Assembly (NCBI GenBank): GCA_963718915.1
Contig: CAVRAI010000015.1
Span: 540,001 to 572,000 of the forward strand
Direction: 5' to 3'
Source: an uncultured Chloroflexia bacterium
GTDB taxonomy: Bacteria; Chloroflexota; Ktedonobacteria; Ktedonobacterales; JADMIN01
Length of the DNA: 32,000 nt
Below the pieces are notes generated by a model. It saw nothing but the letters and a program-made list of their open reading frames with translations. It made no database searches and had not been told where the DNA came from. Positions within the stretch are counted from its first letter, which is position 1. Each line of letters begins with the position of its first letter. This document shows positions 1 to 6,769 of this stretch, in pieces. The position numbers were made by a program, and so were the translations under genes.

Positions 1-16
1 CGCGAAGGAGTGTGTA

Positions 17-427
17 ATGATCGTTTTGGCGGCCAGTATTCCGAGTTACAATTTCCCGATTCCCAAAGGCAGCTTCTTCGACCTCCTGTTTCATCAGACC
101 TACTTCAGCTTGCAGGTGCTCGGCCTGCTCAACCCGCCTTTTCAGATCAACCTCATTGGGCTGATTATCATCGTCCTGATCGCGTTCGCCGCAAACGCGG
201 TGACCGAAAGGCTGACGTCGAACAAGGCTGGGGGCCTCTTCACGGCGGTCCTCATCACGCTGCTTGGCTCGTACCTCTTCGCCGCGTTCGTCCGGCTACC
301 TTTCGACTTTAACCTCGAGGGTGTGCGTATCATCGCGGCGCTCATCGGCGCGATCATCATCGCCGTGTTTTACTCGCTGATACGGAAGCAAAGCTCAAGC
401 TCGAGTAGCTCAAGTAAGAAAGGCTGA
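17..427 (+). CDS. small integral membrane protein, function unknown (poly-Ser C-terminal tail)
   Basis: 136-aa ORF. ATG at 17 lies 6 nt after GAAGGAG (4-10). Hydrophobic helices: LIGLIIIVLIAFAA, LFTAVLITLLGSYLFAAF, IIAALIGAIIIAVFY. Ends SSSSSSSSKKG. No family motif recognised. Confidence 0.6.
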   Translation: MIVLAASIPSYNFPIPKGSFFDLLFHQTYFSLQVLGLLNPPFQINLIGLIIIVLIAFAANAVTERLTSNKAGGLFTAVLITLLGSYLFAAFVRLPFDFNLEGVRIIAALIGAIIIAVFYSLIRKQSSSSSSSSKKG

Positions 428-444
428 TGCCCGCGCGCGGTTTA

Positions 445-828
445 TCAACCGCCGCCGGAATTCACGGTAGGAATCGGTGTTGCGGGCGGAGGGAGCGTTG
501 CGGTCGGCACGGCTTGCGGCGTCGCCGTTGGGCTGGGATGGCCGCTACCACCACCGCCTCCACCACTGCCACCTGAAGCGCCCTTGACCGTGGCGGTTGG
601 TGTACCCTCTGTGTCAGGCACAACCGTGAGCACCGTTTGGATCGTCGCGGTCGGCGTTGGCTGAGCGCCTAACTGCGCGTCCGCGGTTGAGCGATTGAAT
701 AGACCGATCACAAAGACTATCAACAGCACAATCGTCAGCGCGAGTAGAACATACGTTCTTGGCACGATTGGCCGGCGACCACCACCTGGTGGATTGCTGC
801 CATTGGGCACAGTTGTCACAGGCGCCAC
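445..828 (-). CDS. single-pass membrane protein with Pro/Thr/Gly-rich low-complexity ectodomain
   Basis: 127-aa ORF with GTG start at 828. One TM (YVLLALTIVLLIVFVIGLF), then TPTATIQT, GGSGGGGGGSG and PTATPQAVPTATLPPPATPIPT. Same strand as the GT-C-like gene and about 115 nt downstream of it. The overlapping 614..946 ORF looks like a frame shadow. Confidence 0.5.
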   Translation of the reverse strand: MAPVTTVPNGSNPPGGGRRPIVPRTYVLLALTIVLLIVFVIGLFNRSTADAQLGAQPTPTATIQTVLTVVPDTEGTPTATVKGASGGSGGGGGGSGHPSPTATPQAVPTATLPPPATPIPTVNSGGG

Positions 829-942
829 CCCTTACTTCGGCTGAGAGTTGGTGAAAGTCGGGGAGAATTTGCCGCCAGTATGCCAAAAGCAGCCAGTTGT
901 CGTCAAGTGGGGACACATGGGTACTACTACCACCACATATCG

Positions 943-3342
943 TCATACGCGGACAAACGTCACCGCGCCGTTGGGGGCGACCTCGGCCATGTAGAATGTG
1001 CGGTCGGGATAGCTCGCGTGGAGTTGTTCCAGGACTTCAGGTGATGGCGCGTAGGCGTAGAGTGTCTCACCGCGCAGGTTCGGATCGTTCAGCGGCCAGA
1101 GGATGTAGTTGTAGATATACCAGTTGTTCGTCAGCACAATAGACTGGTTCGGATGGAATCCATAGAGCGTCGCGGCGTCAACCTTCATCGAGACGGGCAG
1201 GCCAGTGTAGCCCTGGTAAATCTGCGCCTGGCGCGGCGAATAGTAGAAGAGGTTGCAGGCAATCAGCGCGACAAGCAGCGCGCCAGCTACCCCCATTGCC
1301 AGCGTTCGTGTTGACCGGATCGCTCCCAGCGCTCGCCCCACGCGCTCCAGCGTCTTCGCCAGCCCGGTTACGCCACGCGCCGTCAGCAGCAACAGAAATG
1401 GCAGCGTCTCGAAGAGATAGCGCGGGCCAAGATAGATACCATGATAGAAATAGCCCGCCTGCGCGCCAACAAGTAACACCAGCATCAGCGCGCAGAAAAT
1501 ATCCCAGCGCGTGCCCGCGTCGCGCCGCAGAAACGTGAGCGGGAGCAACGCCAGTGTCAGGTAGAATGGCCAGCCGTAGAGATCGATAAGCAGAATGGTC
1601 AGCAGTTGGTCGAGGATGAGCATCCCCGCGGCGAAGGTGTGCTGGCCGTAGAAGCCGATTCCCTGGCCAAAGCCGTAGCGGTCGCCTGGAAAGAAGAGCG
1701 CGCGCGGCGAGAGCGTGGCGCTGCCGGTCTGTAGCCGGTTGTAGAGCAGGTAGAGCACTACACCGCTCAGGAGGATACTGAGGGCGAAGACGAAGACGGG
1801 CCAGATCATTGTGAGGCGCTCGCGCAGGGCGCGCCACTGTCCACCCAACAGATACGCCGTCGCCGCGACGCCAATCACCACCGCGCTGAACTCGCGGGTG
1901 AGCAGCAGTCCGACGGCAAAGACCGCCGCCAGCGCCAGATCGTACCAGCGCCAGTTGCGCGTGAAGCGAACCAGCATCCACAGAAAATAGACGGCAAAGA
2001 ACAGCGCCATCGTGTGGCTCATGTACGAGGCTGCCAGATAGGTGTAAAACGGCGAGAGCGCACCCAGCAGCACCGCTAGCCAGGCCACGCCGCCGCCAAA
2101 GAAATAGCGGCCCAGGCGAAAGATGCCCCAGAGTGCGAGTGTCCCCAGCAGCGGCTCGACCAGCCACGGCGTGTGGAGCACGACGCCCAACGCCAGCAGC
2201 AGTGAGGTCATCGGCGGATACTGCGCGAACCAGCGGCCGCCACTGGCGATCATGAACGGCCCCTGGAACGCGCTCAGATCGGAGGGGACAGGGGCGGAGA
2301 GCTGGCCGCTGGCGAAGATTTTCGCCTGGAAGAAATAGGCGCTGGCGTCGAGGATATGTGGCTGACCCTGGTATTGCGCCAGCGCGACCCAGAGCACGTA
2401 GCCGAACGAGCCGAGCCCCGTGAGCAGCGCCAGCGCATCCCACCGGTCGCGCACAAATCGGCGGAGTGGCGCGGTCATGCGGGCAGGCGCGCGGCGCGCG
2501 ATGGTTCCGAATCCGCGCGGAAGCCGGGCGACGCCAGCCGCCAGCAGTGGCCCGAACGGAACGAGCACGCCAAAGATGACCAGCGCGACCAGGAGCAGCA
2601 TCAGCGACCAGAGCGCGACCTGCGCCAGCAGATAAGCCACCTCAGCCAGAAACGGCAGCGGGCTTTCGGGGAAGTAGATTTTCTGCTCGTTGGCCGTTGA
2701 GCCATCAGAGGCGAGGTTATGCGCCAGGACATAGCGGTCGTTGCGGTCGATGATGATCTCGCCGCAGATGTTCTCGCCACAACGCAGGTACATATGCGCG
2801 GGTGTCTCTGGGCGCAGCAGCGCCGCGTCGAGCGTCACCGTGCTGGCGCTATCGAGCGTCACCAACGCCGAGCCATCCGGCTGGGGAGCGGCTGTTGCCC
2901 CGCCTGCCCGCACATCGCGCCACGCGCTGTAGCTCGAACTGTCGCGCATCCACGCCTGAAAGCGGTAGTATGGTGTGCTCGCGATTCGGGCGATGTAGGC
3001 GGGATCGAGCGAAAAGTTGTTCGCGCTGTCGGTTCCGTCGATCTGAAACTCGCGTGTGAGCGGATCGGGCGCTGCCAGGACGATGGCGGTCGGCTTCTGT
3101 GGCAGCGGCAGTGTCAATTGCTGCCCATCTAGCGAGAGCGTGGCCCGCGCGGGCGCAATCACCAGGCGCAGCGGCTCGGTGGTCAGCGACAGCAGCGCAT
3201 TCTGGACGATAAGCAGCAGAACCAAAGCCGCCAGCAGGTACCCCGCCAGCCGCAGTTGAGGCCATTCGCTCAGTAGCTTGCCAATCCGACGCGACATGGA
3301 CAAATCTTGCCGCTTTTTCTCTTCGATGTCACTCTGCCGCAC
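943..3342 (-). CDS. large polytopic membrane protein, GT-C-fold glycosyltransferase-like (GT39/PMT_2/ArnT-like) with a ~240-aa N-terminal extracytoplasmic domain
   Basis: 799-aa ORF. GTG at 3342 lies 5 nt after AAGAAGG. One N-terminal TM, a soluble domain, then more than 10 hydrophobic helices. The first large loop (HILDASAYFFQAKIF ... FAQYPPMTSLLLALG) resembles the loop-1 and YPP/HPP region of PMT_2-type enzymes. The family assignment is from pattern memory, not a search. Confidence 0.6.
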   Translation of the reverse strand: MRQSDIEEKKRQDLSMSRRIGKLLSEWPQLRLAGYLLAALVLLLIVQNALLSLTTEPLRLVIAPARATLSLDGQQLTLPLPQKPTAIVLAAPDPLTREFQIDGTDSANNFSLDPAYIARIASTPYYRFQAWMRDSSSYSAWRDVRAGGATAAPQPDGSALVTLDSASTVTLDAALLRPETPAHMYLRCGENICGEIIIDRNDRYVLAHNLASDGSTANEQKIYFPESPLPFLAEVAYLLAQVALWSLMLLLVALVIFGVLVPFGPLLAAGVARLPRGFGTIARRAPARMTAPLRRFVRDRWDALALLTGLGSFGYVLWVALAQYQGQPHILDASAYFFQAKIFASGQLSAPVPSDLSAFQGPFMIASGGRWFAQYPPMTSLLLALGVVLHTPWLVEPLLGTLALWGIFRLGRYFFGGGVAWLAVLLGALSPFYTYLAASYMSHTMALFFAVYFLWMLVRFTRNWRWYDLALAAVFAVGLLLTREFSAVVIGVAATAYLLGGQWRALRERLTMIWPVFVFALSILLSGVVLYLLYNRLQTGSATLSPRALFFPGDRYGFGQGIGFYGQHTFAAGMLILDQLLTILLIDLYGWPFYLTLALLPLTFLRRDAGTRWDIFCALMLVLLVGAQAGYFYHGIYLGPRYLFETLPFLLLLTARGVTGLAKTLERVGRALGAIRSTRTLAMGVAGALLVALIACNLFYYSPRQAQIYQGYTGLPVSMKVDAATLYGFHPNQSIVLTNNWYIYNYILWPLNDPNLRGETLYAYAPSPEVLEQLHASYPDRTFYMAEVAPNGAVTFVRV

Positions 3343-3472
3343 GCGCGCCTTCTTTCGACCGGCTCAATAGTTCAGCTGGGGTATGTTCACCTTGCGCTGC
3401 TATTATCGCAAACTCAGCGCGTGAATGCGCCTTTTATCCCCCAGTAGCCCCGGTTGGAAAGTCCCAACAAGG

Positions 3473-3501
3473 TTGCGCTGCCAGATGGCAAGCGCTATAA
3501 T
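3473..3501 (+). promoter_or_regulatory. sigma70-type promoter candidate for the 3560 gene
   Basis: TTGCGC (3473-3478), 17-nt spacer, TATAAT (3496-3501). Lies about 58 nt upstream of the GTG at 3560. Confidence 0.5.
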
Positions 3502-3559
3502 GCCGCCCACGGCACATAGGCGTTTTTGCCGGACTCATCAATGGAGATAGGGGAGCAAG

Positions 3560-4603
3560 GTGTATCCAGAGGAGAGACCCCGAAAGACCAGACCGCTCAC
3601 TGATCGATCGCGGACCATTCCCTTGCCCTCGCCACTCAAGTCGATGCCGGTCTATCGTCCCGCACCGTATCTCGAGGTCATCGCTATCCTGCTGCCGCTC
3701 ATCGCGATTGTGATCGCGTCTGTGCTGCTGCTCAACGAGAAACAGCACGCGCCCAACTGGATGCCGCTCCTCATACTGGTCGTCATTTTGCTGGTCTTCA
3801 TTCCGCTGCTCATCGTGAGCTGGTTATTCATGAAGAGTGTGCGGCTCTCACCTGTGGGAATCGCCGTCGGCAGGCCGTTTCAACGGTGGCGTGAGGCTCC
3901 GTGGCAGGAGATTGCGCGCGCCGAGCGAAATGGGATGTTCCTGCGTATCTACACTTCTAGCGGCGCCTCCATCGCCTTCGCGCCACGTCTCTTGACGGAT
4001 GGTGACCGGCTGATCACGATCATCCTTGGCCATCTGCGCCCGCACATTCTCGATGGCGCGCTCCGTATGGAGGCGCTGGATCAGATGGGCGCGCCAGAGT
4101 CGGACGTGATGGGCATGCTCCGCGCCCGTCCCCGTGGGCGCTGGCCTTTCAGCGGACTTGTGCTGGCGCTGGCCGGTATTTCTGGTGCGGTTATCGCGCT
4201 CTTCATGCTGCCACTGGAGTTCGCGATAGCGCTGAGCGTGCTGGGTGTAGCGCTGGCGCTGCTCGGCATCGCCATTGCCATCTGGCTGCTTCAGGAGGTC
4301 ATCCTGAACGCGGAGGGCCTGACGATCATTCAGCCCTGGCGTCGCAGCCCGGTCGAACTGCTCTGGAACCAGATCAAAGTGCTCGATCACTCGGCCAACT
4401 GGCTGCTGTTGCGGTTTCGCGCGGGGCGCTCGGTGCGCTGCATCGGCCCGGCATTTTTACGCGCGCCTGAGCATGATCGGATGCTTGCCTTCATCAACCA
4501 CTACTGTCTCCAGCGCGGCGTGTTAAACTATCCCCATAGAGGGGTGTTTTTTTGGCGCGCGTGGCGCTTCGATCAGGATAGCCCCTGGAGACTCCGTCCA
4601 TGA
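3560..4603 (+). CDS. membrane protein with two repeated units of [TM hairpin + PH-like soluble module], function unknown
   Basis: 347-aa ORF with GTG start after GGGGAG. Two blocks of paired TM helices (aa ~35-95 and ~195-245), each followed by a ~90-aa soluble segment (GIAVGRPFQRWREAPWQEI... and GLTIIQPWRRSPVELLWNQI...), reminiscent of bacterial PH (bPH/YdbT-like) modules. An alternative start is ATG 3644. Confidence 0.6.
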   Translation: MYPEERPRKTRPLTDRSRTIPLPSPLKSMPVYRPAPYLEVIAILLPLIAIVIASVLLLNEKQHAPNWMPLLILVVILLVFIPLLIVSWLFMKSVRLSPVGIAVGRPFQRWREAPWQEIARAERNGMFLRIYTSSGASIAFAPRLLTDGDRLITIILGHLRPHILDGALRMEALDQMGAPESDVMGMLRARPRGRWPFSGLVLALAGISGAVIALFMLPLEFAIALSVLGVALALLGIAIAIWLLQEVILNAEGLTIIQPWRRSPVELLWNQIKVLDHSANWLLLRFRAGRSVRCIGPAFLRAPEHDRMLAFINHYCLQRGVLNYPHRGVFFWRAWRFDQDSPWRLRP

Positions 4604-4755
4604 TGAATTCCACCACGACCGGCATCGTTATAGCGCTCGCCATCGGCTCGGTTGCGCTCTTCTCGCTGCTCTTCGTGGCCATCCTCTTCTCGATGCGTAA
4701 TCGCTGGGATCAGCTTGGCAATCCAAAGCAGCCGCACGATCAGCACGACGCCTGA
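4600..4755 (+). CDS. 51-aa single-TM microprotein, translationally coupled to the upstream gene
   Basis: Absent from the ORF track because it is under 60 aa. ATG 4600 overlaps the TGA 4601-4603 (ATGA). Translates as MMNSTTTGIVIALAIGSVALFSLLFVAILFSMRNRWDQLGNPKQPHDQHDA: one clean TM plus a polar tail. Its 3' end overlaps the convergent 4740..5768 gene by 16 nt. Confidence 0.4.
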   Translation: MMNSTTTGIVIALAIGSVALFSLLFVAILFSMRNRWDQLGNPKQPHDQHDA

Positions 4756-5768
4756 TCTCCTAGCAATGTCGCCAGCGCATCCGCTGCCCGCGCGTGCGTG
4801 CCCTGCCCTGTGGTGTGCGGGCCATCCAGCCACGCGCGTAGGCCGTTTCCCCGGTCATCGGCTACCAACGTTTGCCGCGCCAGCGTCGCGAGTGGCGGCA
4901 GCTTGCGCACGGTGTCTGGTGGCAGTGTGGCCAGCGCGTCTAGCCAGCGCTCGCGTATCGTGTAGGGATCATCATCGGCTGGAGCTGGGAGCCGATACGC
5001 GCCTGTTTGGAGGGCCAGCGCCAACCCGGCGGGCGGCATGAGCCGTGAGAGCGCCGCGATGTCCGGAGGCGTCTCCGCAGCAAGGGCGCGCGCCTCGCTC
5101 GAAGAGTCGTGCGCATAGCCTGCTGGCACGTCGAGATAGCGCATGTGCCTGGCAAACGGGCGATTCTCCGGCTGGGCCAGGAGCGCGGCCAACGCCTCGG
5201 CGCCTTCGCCCGCGCGCGGAGCCACCAGCAGCCGCGCCAGCGAGAAGAGCGTTTGCAACGCGGCGTCACGGTCGGCATAGTATTTGGGGTCGAAAATCTG
5301 CACAATCTTGTCATAGCCCACGATAAGCGTCAGCTCGGCTGAGGGGGGCAGCAACGCGCGAATCGCCCGCGCCTCATCGACATAGAGACCGCGATTCAGC
5401 AGCGCCAGCGCATCGCGCCGCCGACCCGCGACGAACGCTCGCATCTGCGCGAGTCTGTCCACCAGCGCCGCCCGCTCCACCTGTTCTTTATCCACCGAGG
5501 CTGCCGCGCACGTCCAGATCAGGGCATCTAGGTCAGCGGCGCGATGGGCAGCGTTGGCCAGCGCCACATGCGCCCGTGTCAGCGGATTGAACGACCCAGC
5601 GAAGACGCCTACGCGCATGGCTACGCGCAAACGTCGCCCACCAGTCAGCGCCACCGCGCACGGCGCGTCGCTGGCGACCACACCGGCGGCGGCACGCGCC
5701 AGCCTCGCTAGCCGGGAGCAGTCGTCGAGCAGCGCCACGGCGGCGTGATAGCGGCGCGTCTGTGTCAT
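4740..5768 (-). CDS. NMN/NaMN adenylyltransferase-like nucleotidyltransferase with N- and C-terminal extensions
   Basis: 342-aa ORF. ATG 5768 lies 7 nt after AGGAGAG. GSFNPLTRAHV matches the (H/T)xGH-type motif (GxFxPxxxxH) of NMNAT/NadD enzymes. DSSSEAR fits the C-terminal SxxxxR motif. There are extra ~50 aa at the N-terminus and ~100 aa at the C-terminus. Confidence 0.6.
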   Translation of the reverse strand: MTQTRRYHAAVALLDDCSRLARLARAAAGVVASDAPCAVALTGGRRLRVAMRVGVFAGSFNPLTRAHVALANAAHRAADLDALIWTCAAASVDKEQVERAALVDRLAQMRAFVAGRRRDALALLNRGLYVDEARAIRALLPPSAELTLIVGYDKIVQIFDPKYYADRDAALQTLFSLARLLVAPRAGEGAEALAALLAQPENRPFARHMRYLDVPAGYAHDSSSEARALAAETPPDIAALSRLMPPAGLALALQTGAYRLPAPADDDPYTIRERWLDALATLPPDTVRKLPPLATLARQTLVADDRGNGLRAWLDGPHTTGQGTHARAADALATLLGDQASC

Positions 5769-5806
5769 ACGAAATCTCTCCTGGCTGTCGGCGTCTGTCG
5801 AGACAG

Positions 5807-6020
5807 GCAGGCCGTAGCGTAATGTAATTTCACGTTTACTCCGTGCACCGCGCGTCGTGGCGGGCGAGGCTGGCCGTAGCGTGAACGCTACGGCGAATGG
5901 GCGGATGAGCTGCTCAAGCCAGGAAATTCGCCGGGGCCTTTAGGCTCCGGCTGGTTCACCCCAGCACGCTGTTTGGAGTTCGTTCTAAACGATCATTATG
6001 CTACGGCGAATGGGCGAGCG
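5807..6020 (+). repeat. structured intergenic repeat, family 1, copy A (MITE/REP-like, + orientation)
   Basis: Hairpin GCCGTAGCG-tgaa-CGCTACGGC (5873-5894). Hairpin GCCGGGGC-ctttag-GCTCCGGC (5930-5951). CTACGGCGAATGGGC occurs twice (5889-5903 and 6001-6015). The ends are inverted: GCCGTAGCGTAATGTA..CGTTTA (5811-5838) versus TAAACGATCATTATGCTACGGC (5986-6007). Long blocks are shared with 13040-13259 and, inverted, with 9541-9636. Confidence 0.8.
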
Positions 6021-6086
6021 CTCTGGTCTTGAGACACGATAGCACGAAGCCGTGTGTGCTACGCTATCGAGCGAAGGAGGGCCGAA

Positions 6087-6686
6087 ATGGACACAAGTCC
6101 AGTTCTTGCCGCGATTGTGCTGGCGGCGGGGAAATCGTCGCGGATGGGCGCGAATAAGATGCTGTTGCCGCTCAACGGGCATCCGCTGGTGTGGCGCGCG
6201 GTGCAGACCGCCTGCGCCAGTAGCGCCGATGTGGTGCTGGTGGTGCTGGGCAACGACGCCGAGCGTGTTGCCGCCGCGCTGCCGCCGGGACGCTACCAAC
6301 GTGTGGATAATCCGCGCTTTGCTGATGGTCTCTCCACCTCGCTTCAGACGGGGCTGGATGCACTGCCTGGCAATGTTGACGGCGCACTCATTCTGCTGGC
6401 CGATATGCCATTCACAGCGTCCGCGACGGTGGAGGCGCTGCTGGCCGCCGCGCGTGAGGCGCCGGAGCGGATCGCCGCGATGAATCAGGGTGGCAGGCCC
6501 ACCCCGCCGGTCTACTGGCCACGCGCGCTCTTTGCAGAGCTACAGAGCATCCAAGGCGATGAGGGCGGGCGCTCGCTGCTGATGCGGTCGCCAGCGGCAG
6601 TGCAGCTCGTCGCGATGGCGCAGCCCGACGAGGCGCTCGACGTGGACGCGCCTGAGGACTACCAGCGTATCAAGAGGCAAGGGTAA
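6087..6686 (+). CDS. MobA/MocA-like NTP-transferase (molybdenum cofactor cytidylyl/guanylyltransferase family)
   Basis: ATG 6087 follows GAAGGAGG (6073-6080). N-terminal LAAGKSSRMGANKMLLPL matches the LAxGxSxRMGxxK nucleotide-binding signature. LLADMP is typical of the family. 199 aa. Confidence 0.75.
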   Translation: MDTSPVLAAIVLAAGKSSRMGANKMLLPLNGHPLVWRAVQTACASSADVVLVVLGNDAERVAAALPPGRYQRVDNPRFADGLSTSLQTGLDALPGNVDGALILLADMPFTASATVEALLAAAREAPERIAAMNQGGRPTPPVYWPRALFAELQSIQGDEGGRSLLMRSPAAVQLVAMAQPDEALDVDAPEDYQRIKRQG

Positions 6687-6708
6687 ACCCCTCCCGACGA
6701 GCCAGGCA

Positions 6709-6717
6709 TGCTACAAT
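6709..6717 (+). promoter_or_regulatory. extended -10 promoter element candidate upstream of the TIR-TPR gene
   Basis: TGcTACAAT at 6709-6717, about 50 nt upstream of the 6770 start. No good -35 element. Confidence 0.3.
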
Positions 6718-6769
6718 GAATCGACCGACCACTATCCCTATCCCTGGCTAGCCAGAGAATCCGCCATGC

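Noticed and set aside
1178-2443. Long alternative-frame or antisense ORFs. Same-strand, off-frame: 1178..2443. Antisense: 8720..9481, 11241..12071, 13217..14083, 16390..17265, 21115..22392, 23152..24153, 24613..25515, 26663..27301, 27542..28189.
   Set aside because: Each overlaps a gene with clear family motifs. Their translations are Arg/Ala/Pro/Gly-rich with no motifs. These are typical stop-codon-poor shadow frames of GC-rich DNA.
6054-6086. Longer N-terminus for the MobA-like gene (ORF-track start 6054). Similar upstream extensions occur for manA (to 9631), the CPBP gene (to 31959), the cysteine desulfurase gene (10531) and the ABC ATPase gene (22160).
   Set aside because: The internal ATGs are preceded by good Shine-Dalgarno sequences and coincide with the start of the conserved domains. 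The extensions run through intergenic repeats or encode non-conserved, Arg-rich sequence.
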